From: a virus
Length of the DNA: 64,000 nucleotides
Direction: 5' to 3' (one strand)
Virus record (IMG/VR): IMGVR_UViG_3300037042_004723
Span: 96,001 to 160,000 of that record
Both the position numbers and the translations under genes were made by a program. Positions 1-7,267 of this stretch are shown piece by piece. A model generated the notes under the pieces. The model was not told the origin of the DNA. It saw only the letters and a list, made by a program, of their open reading frames with translations, and did not search any database. Numbering within the stretch: the stretch's first letter is position 1; each line of letters opens with the position of its first letter.

Positions 1-17
1 TTCTTTGGTAGCCATCG

Positions 18-90
18 TGGCAGCGGGGAGTTCCGACCTCCTGCACCGTACGCCTTATGAGAGCGTCGTCCTGACCCGCAGGTCGCTGCC
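18..90 (-). tRNA. Non-canonical tRNA-like gene, anticodon CAT (elongator Met-like)
   Basis: Minus strand: GGCAGCG/CGCTGCC perfect 7-bp acceptor stem, A73, D stem CCTG/CAGG, anticodon arm ACGCT-CTCATAA-GGCGT. T loop is aberrant (GTCGGAA); followed by CGA, not CCA. Confidence 0.55.
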
Positions 91-101
91 AAAGTCTGTC
101 G

Positions 102-175
102 TGGGCCTGCTTGGAATCGAACCAAGCTTATTCATCGATTATGAGTCAAGTGCCATACCACTAGGCGACAGGCCC
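102..175 (-). tRNA. tRNA, anticodon CAT (Ile2- or Met-like)
   Basis: GGGCCTG/CAGGCCC acceptor, A73, T arm CTTGG-TTCGATT-CCAAG, loop CTCATAA. Weak anticodon stem (C27-U43 mismatch) and 7-nt variable region. C4-G69 and C5-G68 as in Ile2 tRNAs. Confidence 0.75.
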
Positions 176-187
176 ATCGCCGGATCA

Positions 188-216
188 CGGGTACCTTGCA
201 GCCTGCCCATTGTCAA
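188..216 (-). promoter_or_regulatory. Sigma70-like promoter for the two distal CAT tRNAs
   Basis: TTGACA-N17-TACCCG on minus strand, ending 12 nt before the tRNA at 175; perfect -35, weak -10. Confidence 0.4.
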
Positions 217-263
217 GAACCGTCGGTTGTCAGGTTGGTCCGACTTGTAGTACTACATAGATC

Positions 264-581
264 ATGTTCAGGCTGCTGATCAGCGAGTGCCGCGCCTCCC
301 TCTCGGAGTCGATCGAGAAGTCAGGTGAGACCTTCGCCGGATTCAACAAGCCCAAGCGGACACCTGAACACCCCAAGAAGTCTCATGCCGTCCTCGCCAA
401 GGACGGCCATGGTACGAAGCTAATCCGATTCGGCCAGCAGGGCGTCTCAGGCTCTCCCAAGAAGCAGGGCGAGTCAGACGCCTACCGCAGTCGCCGAGAG
501 TCATTTAAGGCCCGACACGCGAAGAACATCAGCAAGGGCAAGACGTCAGCTGCTTACTGGGCCGACAAGGTGAAGTGGTAA
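264..581 (+). CDS. Small basic phage protein with putative capsid-targeting leader
   Basis: 105 aa. The FNKPKRTP...KSHAVLAK...IRFGQQG...SAAYWADKVKW block resembles a widespread phage family of unknown function. N-terminus MFRLLISECRASLSES is shared with the next gene. Confidence 0.8.
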   Translation: MFRLLISECRASLSESIEKSGETFAGFNKPKRTPEHPKKSHAVLAKDGHGTKLIRFGQQGVSGSPKKQGESDAYRSRRESFKARHAKNISKGKTSAAYWADKVKW

Positions 582-602
582 CCGCTATGATTCGAGGAAA
601 TC

Positions 603-1106
603 ATGTTTAAGTCTCTCATCTCCGAGTGCCTCGCCTACCTCTCCGAAGCAGGCGAGGAGAACCAGCCCGTCAAGGCGCCCAGGAAGCACAAGCATGATCG
701 AGCCGCCGAGCGGACTGGTCACCTCTTGAACACACCACTTTCGAGCATGTCTCGCAGGAAGATGCTCAAGACGATCCCCCACCTGCACCACCACTTCGAG
801 AAGGGGCACGGCAAGGGCGAGGGAGACTACCGAACGGTAGACCTGGATGACCTGAATACCCTTAGCAAGCATGCTGAGCAGATCTCCAACGACGCGAATG
901 CAATCATGCGGATGCCTGGACCGGCGCACCACCTGGCTGGTCACCTCTGCAAGCATGTTGCGAGCGCTCACGAGCGGATGAGCAAGTACTGGACTGACAA
1001 CAGTGACAACGAGTCCGCCGAGCTTCACGGAAGCGAGAGCGCCAAGTATGGCGACATGGCCAAGCACCATCACAAGGTTTCCAAGCGCCACGGGTACGGT
1101 TACTAG
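603..1106 (+). CDS. His-rich hypothetical protein with the same N-terminal leader
   Basis: 167 aa, 19 His; N-terminus MFKSLISECLAYLSEA; GAGGAAA upstream. Confidence 0.75.
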   Translation: MFKSLISECLAYLSEAGEENQPVKAPRKHKHDRAAERTGHLLNTPLSSMSRRKMLKTIPHLHHHFEKGHGKGEGDYRTVDLDDLNTLSKHAEQISNDANAIMRMPGPAHHLAGHLCKHVASAHERMSKYWTDNSDNESAELHGSESAKYGDMAKHHHKVSKRHGYGY

Positions 1107-1179
1107 TCCGCCGAGATGGACTTGAACCAGCAACCTATCGCTTATAGGGCAGCCGCTATATCCATTGAGCTATGGGATC
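1104..1179 (-). pseudogene. Chimeric tRNA-like gene, anticodon TAT
   Basis: GATCCCA-TA-GCTC-AATGGATA-TAGC-G-GCTGC-CCTATAA-GCGAT-AGGTT-GCTGG-TTCAAGT-CCATC-TCGGCGG-A-CTA. tRNA spacing and T loop are intact, but the acceptor stem does not pair and the anticodon stem pairs poorly. Confidence 0.7.
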
Positions 1180-1183
1180 AGAA

Positions 1184-1436
1184 AGGTGACTCTCCACGTC
1201 CGAAGTGTTTATCGGCCGCTGGCTTGCGCCAACCATGCCCGGTCGACCAAGCCTTGCGGCTCACCGACTCCGGGATCTACCCTCGCCTGGTAAAGAGTCT
1301 AAAAAGAGGGGCCGCCGCCCCGGATGTTTAATGTGCGCGGGACCCTAGGTTCGACCGACGCAAGCGCTTGCGCTGCTATTGCGTGAGAAGTGCTCGATGC
1401 TGTTTTGGATGATAACCATCGGACTCCGGCTCACCT
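1184..1436 (-). ncRNA. Candidate structured non-coding RNA (~250 nt), family not recognised
   Basis: ORF-free gap closed by nested end-to-end helices (AGGTGA/TCACCT, GTCCGA/TCGGAC, TTATC/GATAA). Internal hairpins GAGCC-GCAA-GGCTT, GTTGGC-GCAA-GCCAGC and GGGGC-GGCG-GCCCC. Same strand as the tRNAs. Confidence 0.55.
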
Positions 1437-1442
1437 AAAATG

Positions 1443-1715
1443 TCAGGCCTCTGCGGTTCCGATCGGAATCTGGAAGGAGAGTCCCTCCCCTTCCAGGAAT
1501 CTCGCGTGGAGGCGGTTGATCAGCTGGTCGAAGGTGAAGCTGTCATCTGACGAGCCAACGTGCGTGTGGTCCTCGCCGATGTAGAGGGTGATGGCATTCC
1601 CTCCCCAGTCTGGCCCGAACGAGACAACTGGAGCCGTTGGATCTTTGCCGGCTGCGGCATCGCAGAGCCGGACAATCTCTTTCAGTATCTCTTCGCATTT
1701 CTCAGCTGTCGTCAT
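1443..1715 (-). CDS. Hypothetical protein (90 aa)
   Basis: ATG at 1715 (MTTAEKCEE...). The track start at 1742 lies inside tRNA-Glu and was trimmed. Confidence 0.7.
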   Translation of the reverse strand: MTTAEKCEEILKEIVRLCDAAAGKDPTAPVVSFGPDWGGNAITLYIGEDHTHVGSSDDSFTFDQLINRLHARFLEGEGLSFQIPIGTAEA

Positions 1716-1717
1716 CG

Positions 1718-1790
1718 TGACCCCGGTGAGAATTGAACTCAACGTCTTCGCTGTGAAAGAGCGACGTACTAACCATTATACGACGGGGCC
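1718..1790 (-). tRNA. tRNA-Glu (TTC)
   Basis: GGCCCCG/CGGGGTC acceptor, D stem GTAT/GTAC, anticodon arm TCGCT-CTTTCAC-AGCGA, T loop TTCAATT; one T-stem mismatch; no encoded CCA. Confidence 0.88.
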
Positions 1791-1802
1791 GTGATTGTCA
1801 CG

Positions 1803-1873
1803 AGCGTACCGAGGGAGTTCAACCGAGGTCGATCGCTTACAAGGCGATCATTCCGCCACCGAACTACTCCACA
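1803..1873 (-). pseudogene. Chimeric tRNA-like gene, anticodon TGT (Thr)
   Basis: Good D arm (GTTC/GAAT) and perfect anticodon arm ATCGC-CTTGTAA-GCGAT. T stem CTCGG/CCCTC and acceptor TGTGGAG/GGTACGC do not pair. Confidence 0.7.
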
Positions 1874-1897
1874 GTAAGATCGTGTATATTCAAGTCT

Positions 1898-2071
1898 ATG
1901 AACGACAAGCGAAAGCAAAGCCTCTACTTCCCAGAAGACATGCTGGCGGAGGTCCAGGCCGAAGCCACTCGCCTGGACCGCTCGCTCTCTTGGGTGGTCC
2001 AGCGCGCCTGGACCCTCTCAAGGGAGAAGCTGAAGGAGATCCCTTCAATCAACCAGCCAACAGAGACAGAC

Positions 2072-2074
<3 letters not shown>
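1898..2074 (+). CDS. MXAN_4361/MXAN_4362-family (TIGR04563-like) small ribbon-helix-helix-type protein
   Basis: Not in the ORF track. 58 aa: MNDKRKQSLYFPEDMLAEVQAEATRLDRSLSWVVQRAWTLSREKLKEIPSINQPTETD. The KQSLYFPE...DRSLSWVVQ.AW signature was recognised from memory as a myxobacterial family. Confidence 0.8.
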
Positions 2075-2148
<74 letters not shown>

Positions 2149-2154
2149 GGTCAG

Positions 2155-2183
2155 ACTCTGCGCAAAAATCTGCGAATAGTCAA
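2155..2183 (-). promoter_or_regulatory. Sigma70-like promoter of the tRNA cluster
   Basis: TTGACT-N17-CAGAGT, ending 6 nt before the tRNA 5' end. Confidence 0.5.
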
Positions 2184-2298
2184 GGCCGAGGTGATGTCCA
2201 GCTGTAAGTATATGAATTCATAATATACACCGTAGCGTAGGGCGCGGTGTCTTACACGTGGTTGATAGGTGAACGGACCGTTACATTACTGACAACAC

Positions 2299-2326
2299 TT
2301 GCTTTACCCTGCATTGTTGGCATAAT
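2299..2326 (+). promoter_or_regulatory. Divergent sigma70-like promoter
   Basis: TTGCTT-N16-CATAAT with extended -10 TG; upstream of the GGGAGG RBS of the gene at 2354. Confidence 0.45.
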
Positions 2327-2353
2327 CAAGGTCATCCCAACAGGGAGGCCCCT

Positions 2354-2680
2354 ATGAAGTACACACGAGTTCTCATCGCGAAGGTTGCCCTTCGAGTCGC
2401 TTCGGAAGACGAGGTCTTCTGGGTGGAGAAGTGCATCAAGGAAGGCTGCGGCTGTGCGGAGGAGATCAAGAACATCCGTGCGCTCTCCAGCCTGCCCAGG
2501 ACGCACTCCTGCGTCGAGGATGCGGCCCTGATCGTTATCGCTGACAAGAACAAGATGTCCATGTCCGACGAGGACCACATCTTGTCCTGTGGGCGCTGCG
2601 CAAGGATTGGTCAGTACATCGCCAGCATGCCGTTCCCGGCCACCCCCGCCCAGACGAGGTCGCTAGCCCTGGCCGGGTAA
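2354..2680 (+). CDS. Cys-rich hypothetical protein
   Basis: 108 aa, GGAGG RBS, CxxxxCxC and HxxxCxxC motifs. Confidence 0.75.
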   Translation: MKYTRVLIAKVALRVASEDEVFWVEKCIKEGCGCAEEIKNIRALSSLPRTHSCVEDAALIVIADKNKMSMSDEDHILSCGRCARIGQYIASMPFPATPAQTRSLALAG

Positions 2681-2703
2681 CGCTTCCACGACCAGTGGCC
2701 GAC

Positions 2704-2746
2704 GGCCAGCAAGCCTAGAGATAGTCCTGCTGGCCTTTTTTGTTTT
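2704..2746 (+). terminator. Intrinsic terminator
   Basis: GGCCAGCA-N16-TGCTGGCC followed by TTTTTTGTTTT. Confidence 0.65.
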
Positions 2747-2785
2747 CTACAATGTCTCTAGACAATTGGATCTGTTATCGATAGC

Positions 2786-3067
2786 GTGGCTGCGATGAAG
2801 GCTCTGCTAGCGCTAGCAATGGCTGGGTTACTAGTCGTTGCGACGATCGGGCTATCCGGCGAGGGGGCCGTCTGGACCAGATACGTTGGCGCAGGGATGG
2901 TGTTCGCTCTGCTGATGCTGATCTTGACCGGGGTATCGAACATCCCAAGCACGACAGATCTCAAGAAAATGATGATGGGCGCTGATCCTACTATGGCTCC
3001 GAAGTCCATGCCGGTCGTTCCCGACGACGATGACGAGCTTCCTAGCCGGCGCAGCGCCCGCAACTGA
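2786..3067 (+). CDS. Small membrane protein (two TM segments)
   Basis: Two hydrophobic stretches then a charged tail; stop overlaps the next start; exact start uncertain. Confidence 0.65.
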   Translation: MAAMKALLALAMAGLLVVATIGLSGEGAVWTRYVGAGMVFALLMLILTGVSNIPSTTDLKKMMMGADPTMAPKSMPVVPDDDDELPSRRSARN

Positions 3068-3687
3068 TGTCGAGTCGCATTCTTATACTTGACGTCGATG
3101 CTGACAAATACGACGGCATCGTAGAGGCGCTTCGCAAGAAGCCTTCGGTCCGCGTCGTGTCCATGGACCGCGAGGCCCGCAGGCACCTTCGTGAGTGCCC
3201 GGCGTGCTGTCGGAAGCTGTCCAAGGAATCGGCATTTACGATCGACGAGAAGATCATCGACGCCCTGATCAAGGTCACGCAGCGGATGCGGGTCGCCAAG
3301 ACCGTCGTCTTGGTGAACGAGGACAATCCGCAATCCGCCTTGTCATCCATGGAGCACGAGCGATGCGTCGAGGTAGACGCTGTGGTTGCTCAGCGTGCGG
3401 TAACCCTGGGCCTCCTGAAGCCGTTTATGGACGGCGCCCGGCTGACTCACTACGTCAGTGCGTCCGGGCTGGAATTCCTGTCGGGTAACAAGCCAGCCTC
3501 GCCCTGCACGATGCATGTGCTCGATGGCGAGGTCGTGGAGACCAGCGGAGAGATGATGATCGAGAACGTAAAATTCAAGGATGTCCACCGAGCGACATCC
3601 GTAGCCAGAGATGGGGCCAGGGCTGTGAAGGCCATCCCCCAGCACGTGACGAACTTCGTAATTAACGGCCAGATGAGCCTTATTTAA
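3067..3687 (+). CDS. Hypothetical protein with CxxC and a C-terminal QMSLI motif
   Basis: 206 aa, TGATG coupling; ends NGQMSLI. Confidence 0.75.
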   Translation: MSSRILILDVDADKYDGIVEALRKKPSVRVVSMDREARRHLRECPACCRKLSKESAFTIDEKIIDALIKVTQRMRVAKTVVLVNEDNPQSALSSMEHERCVEVDAVVAQRAVTLGLLKPFMDGARLTHYVSASGLEFLSGNKPASPCTMHVLDGEVVETSGEMMIENVKFKDVHRATSVARDGARAVKAIPQHVTNFVINGQMSLI

Positions 3688-3691
3688 GAGG

Positions 3692-3973
3692 ATGGCGATG
3701 ACGAAATCAGATTTGATCCGATGGGTTTCCGTGAAGACCGAGATTTCTTACCCCGAGGCAGAGGTGGCGGTTAACGCCTTCTTTGATACAATGACAACCG
3801 CTCTTAAGGAGAACCGGCGCGTCGAGCTTCGTGGATTTGGATCGTTCTCCGTCAGGGACTACGACGGCTACATGGGCCGCAACCCACGCACCGGGGAGAC
3901 GGTCAACGTCGCCCCCAAGAAGATGCCGTTCTTCAAGGTCGGCAAGGAACTACGCGAAGCGGTCAACGGCTAA
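3692..3973 (+). CDS. ihfB: Integration host factor beta-like / HU-family protein
   Basis: TKSDLI...VELRGFGSFSV...GRNPRTGE...KKMPFFKVGKELRE matches the IHF-beta pattern. Confidence 0.85.
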   Translation: MAMTKSDLIRWVSVKTEISYPEAEVAVNAFFDTMTTALKENRRVELRGFGSFSVRDYDGYMGRNPRTGETVNVAPKKMPFFKVGKELREAVNG

Positions 3974-3984
3974 GGAGAATTCAG

Positions 3985-4308
3985 ATGGAAGAAGAAAAGA
4001 CTGACAGCGTTACCAAGGCCGTGCTTGCTGAGAAAATTGGCGAGGCCGTGCCATCTGCTAGCATCAAAAAAGCGAACGACATCGTCGAGAGCATCATCCT
4101 TGGCATCAAGGAGGCCCTCGTGAAGAAGGAGGGCGTCAAGATTTCCGGTTTCGGAAAGTTCTCGACCAGCGAGAAGGCCGCCCGCAAGGGCCGGAATCCT
4201 CAGACGGGCGCCGAAATTACCATCGCCGACCGATGCGTTATCAAGTTCAAGGTCAGCGACTGCCTCAAGGCTGAGCTGAACGGGAAGCCATTCTCCGGTT
4301 CGGACTGA
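3985..4308 (+). CDS. ihfA: Integration host factor alpha-like / HU-family protein
   Basis: VKISGFGKF...KAARKGRNPQTGAEITI...VIKFKVS..LK matches the IHF-alpha pattern. Confidence 0.8.
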   Translation: MEEEKTDSVTKAVLAEKIGEAVPSASIKKANDIVESIILGIKEALVKKEGVKISGFGKFSTSEKAARKGRNPQTGAEITIADRCVIKFKVSDCLKAELNGKPFSGSD

Positions 4309-4333
4309 TATTTTTGATCAAGGAAATTATACT

Positions 4334-4370
4334 TTGACAATGCAGCCATGACCTATTAGCTTTAGGTCAT
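4334..4370 (+). promoter_or_regulatory. Sigma70-like promoter overlapped by an operator-like palindrome
   Basis: TTGACA-N17-TAGCTT; inverted repeat ATGACCTA-N7-TAGGTCAT (4348-4370) spans the -10 box and the start codon. Confidence 0.65.
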
Positions 4371-4818
4371 GGCAAACGCAGTTCTCAAAATGACCGGACC
4401 CACCAAAATCATCGAGCTTGACGGAATTCCGTCCAAGAACTGGAAGTTGAACGATACCGCCGTTCATCTCTGGAAGGGCAAGCTGTGGCGCAAGGAGAAG
4501 GTTGGCTGCGTCCTTTGCGTCGATAAGGAGGGGCCCGAGCACGCGACCCTTTGTCATGCCGACGATGATGGCGTTGAGCACTTCCACTGCATGGAGCACA
4601 ACGAGCTTATCGCGGTGCCCTACTCGATGAAGAAGGTCTACACGATCACCATCGGTGACGTTCTGCGCGAGGGGCAGGAGCTTCTCGAAGACACGATGCT
4701 CTTCCCGTCGGAGATGACGCTGGCCTCGCGCAACGAGCTGATCAACCGCCTCCTCGATGACGCCGCCAACGAAGAGAAGGAGTCTGGCCCGGCTCCCACC
4801 TCGACGGATGATGAGTAG
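4369..4818 (+). CDS. Hypothetical protein, probably leaderless
   Basis: 149 aa; ATG 6 nt after the -10 box; no SD. Confidence 0.75.
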   Translation: MANAVLKMTGPTKIIELDGIPSKNWKLNDTAVHLWKGKLWRKEKVGCVLCVDKEGPEHATLCHADDDGVEHFHCMEHNELIAVPYSMKKVYTITIGDVLREGQELLEDTMLFPSEMTLASRNELINRLLDDAANEEKESGPAPTSTDDE

Positions 4819-4864
4819 TCCTAAAGGATTAGCTCTTTTTACGCAGTAGACAATCACGTGCAGG

Positions 4865-4902
4865 CCGGTGCATCTATAGCGCCATGTTAGATGCACCGGT
4901 TT
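4865..4902 (+). terminator. 12-bp perfect inverted repeat (terminator or translational lock)
   Basis: CCGGTGCATCTA-N11-TAGATGCACCGG-TTTG; the loop contains the ATG at 4884. Confidence 0.45.
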
Positions 4903-5072
4903 GCCATGAGCCGACGAGTCGACAGGTAGAGGCTGCTGCCAAAGCCTGGATGACGTGGCAGTTCCCGGGCAGATCCTGGGACGATGCAGTTCCAGAACTG
5001 CAGGACAAGTTCCGGGATGGGGCTCGCCGCGCCTTGGTCGCAGCTGCCAATGTTTCGAGCGAGTTCGATTAG
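4884..5072 (+). CDS. Hypothetical protein (62 aa)
   Basis: Fills the gap between genes; plausible helical composition. Confidence 0.55.
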   Translation: MLDAPVCHEPTSRQVEAAAKAWMTWQFPGRSWDDAVPELQDKFRDGARRALVAAANVSSEFD

Positions 5073-5125
5073 TCGAAAGAATCCAGATGGCGGTTCACGA
5101 ATTTAACCGAAAGGGCAAGCGATAA

Positions 5126-6466
5126 ATGGCCAAGATTGCACTAACTATCAGCGAAGATTACTGTCCGGAATGGGATCTGTTTTGCGGAATTCGCGAGTTC
5201 ATGCAGAACGCGCGTGACGCTACCAGGGTGGGCTGTACGTTCGATGCAGTCTACCTGGCCGATGCCAACGTCGTTCGAATCAAGACGACTGGCGCGGTTC
5301 TAGAGCATCGCACGCTGCTTCTGGGCGAGTCCTCGAAGCGGGGCCGCTCGGACATGCTGGGGCAGCAGGGGGAGGGCTACAAGATTGGCTCCCTGGTCCT
5401 CTGCCGGCTTGGCAAGGGCGTCAAGATTCGGACCGGTGACGAGGTCTGGATTCCGGTCATCGAGTACTCGAAGCAGTTCGGCGCCAAGGTGCTGCACTTC
5501 GATATCTCCAAGGGCCGCAAGAACGTCAACGAGGTCGTCGTCGACATCTCCGGCGTGACCGAGGAGGAGTGGCGCTCGATCAAGAACAAGTTCTTGTTCA
5601 TCGAGGACGAAGGCCAGACGGTGGTTGAGTCGCCCGCCGGCTCAGTGATCATCGATGGCGTGGGTCACATCTTTGTCGACGGCATCTGGGTGTGCCGCCT
5701 GGCGAAGCTCAAGCACGGCTATGATTTCCGTCCGGCCGATACCAAGCTGGACCGTGATCGTCGCTTGATGGAGTCGTGGGAGGCCCACACCCTTACGGCC
5801 AGGGCGTGGGAGGCGCTGTACATGCGGTCCACGCGCGAGTACTGCGAGCGGGTTGATGCCATGCTGGCTGACGCCACTCCCGATGTGGAGCACTTCCGCT
5901 ACGACTGGTGCGTGGGCATGAACACGCGCAAGCAGGTCGCCAGCCGGTTCAAGGAGAAGTTCGGCGAGAAGGCCATCCCGGTCAAGACCGAGAGCGAGGT
6001 CCGAGAGGCAGAGTTCTACGGTCGCCATGCGGCCGTTGTCGATGCGGCCCCGCTCAGAGATATCTTGGAGCGAGAAATCGGCACCATCGAGTCCGTGAAG
6101 CGAGACTTGGCCGATGAGGTTGTGGCCGAGCATACTGCCATCAGCCTGGAGCCGTTGGAGTCCAAGAATTTCATGATGGCGATGGAGTTCGTGTCCAAGG
6201 CCATCAAGAAGTCTGGGCTCACGTTGGCCAAGGACATTACGATCGTCGAGTTCCGTAGTCCTTCGGTGATGGGCATGCGGAAGGGCGACAAGATCTACCT
6301 GAGCCGCAACACGCTTGGCTCATTCGAGGAGGCCCTCAAGACTCTTGTTGAAGAGGTGGCTCACGAGTTCGGTGCAGATGGAACGCACAATCACGTCGAA
6401 AGAATGCATGAGATCTACGCCAACGGCGTGGCGATGCTTTTGACAGAAGGACCAGGTAGTGCCTAA
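5126..6466 (+). CDS. GHKL (Hsp90/MutL-like) ATP-binding protein
   Basis: IREFMQNARDA (N box), LGESSK...GQQGEGYKIG (G boxes); C-terminal zincin-like LVEEVAH. Confidence 0.75.
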   Translation: MAKIALTISEDYCPEWDLFCGIREFMQNARDATRVGCTFDAVYLADANVVRIKTTGAVLEHRTLLLGESSKRGRSDMLGQQGEGYKIGSLVLCRLGKGVKIRTGDEVWIPVIEYSKQFGAKVLHFDISKGRKNVNEVVVDISGVTEEEWRSIKNKFLFIEDEGQTVVESPAGSVIIDGVGHIFVDGIWVCRLAKLKHGYDFRPADTKLDRDRRLMESWEAHTLTARAWEALYMRSTREYCERVDAMLADATPDVEHFRYDWCVGMNTRKQVASRFKEKFGEKAIPVKTESEVREAEFYGRHAAVVDAAPLRDILEREIGTIESVKRDLADEVVAEHTAISLEPLESKNFMMAMEFVSKAIKKSGLTLAKDITIVEFRSPSVMGMRKGDKIYLSRNTLGSFEEALKTLVEEVAHEFGADGTHNHVERMHEIYANGVAMLLTEGPGSA

Positions 6467-6749
6467 AGCCGCTCCCGAAGACATTGTTTGTGCTGGATGT
6501 GGACGACCGATCGATAAGTATCGGTCGTCTCGCTATCCAGGTGACCGCGCTGTCGAGGTCAGGGTTGGCAAGTTCCTGCAGAGCCAGGTTGTTGATGGCA
6601 AGCGGAAACCAGGTCGGCCACGCACCAAGAACGAAAAATTCAAGGCGGAGTCCGTCTGGGGTGTGATGCACCTTGGATGCTTTGTGCGTTCGCTCGAATC
6701 GCCGGACGACGTTTTCGCTGAATTGAGCGTGCAGCATGTCGCTCGATGA
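6459..6749 (+). CDS. Zinc-binding hypothetical protein
   Basis: CAGC...HxxC; overlaps both neighbours. Confidence 0.7.
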   Translation: MPKAAPEDIVCAGCGRPIDKYRSSRYPGDRAVEVRVGKFLQSQVVDGKRKPGRPRTKNEKFKAESVWGVMHLGCFVRSLESPDDVFAELSVQHVAR

Positions 6750-6963
6750 CGACGACAACTCGGTCATCGGTGGCCTCAAGAAAATGGCCGTGCTTGAGGG
6801 ATATGAGCCGGGAACCGATCGGTTTGAGATGCGAGTTCGTCAGCTCCAGGTCACCAAATGCCGAGAGATGAAGGGCGTTAACTCTTGTCATGAGTGCAAT
6901 TTTTTTGACTACTGCGACCTGGTCAAGAAAGTGATGCGAGAGCGGCGTGGCCACGACGAATAG
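6736..6963 (+). CDS. Small Cys-rich protein
   Basis: C...SCHECNFFDYC motif; overlapping operon arrangement. Confidence 0.7.
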   Translation: MSLDDDDNSVIGGLKKMAVLEGYEPGTDRFEMRVRQLQVTKCREMKGVNSCHECNFFDYCDLVKKVMRERRGHDE

Positions 6964-6979
6964 ACTTTCTGGAGAAAAT

Positions 6980-7255
6980 ATGACCGCAGAGCGCAGTAAA
7001 CCAGAAAATATCAAGGAAGTTAAGGGGTCTGCCAGCAATCCTGAACGGGATGAGGTAGAAGGGTCCTCCGAAGACACCAATACAGGGATGCGCAGCACAT
7101 CAGGCAGGATCGTTCGCCCGTCTACGGCGGAAGTCAGGCACGAGGTTATGCGGCTCTCCAAAGAAACTGGACAGTCAGAATTTGAGCGTGGCATCAAGGT
7201 CGCATTGGAATGGATCTTGGGAGACAGGAAGACGCTCAGACGTCCCGACAAATAA
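6980..7255 (+). CDS. Hypothetical protein
   Basis: GGAG RBS then ATG at 6980. Confidence 0.65.
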   Translation: MTAERSKPENIKEVKGSASNPERDEVEGSSEDTNTGMRSTSGRIVRPSTAEVRHEVMRLSKETGQSEFERGIKVALEWILGDRKTLRRPDK

Positions 7256-7267
7256 TGCGGAGGACTT

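Noticed and set aside
1184-1436. RNase P RNA, tmRNA or SRP RNA
   Set aside because: No GAGGAAAGUCC/ACAGAA P4 signature, no tRNA-like ends with a tag ORF, and no SRP helix-8 motif.
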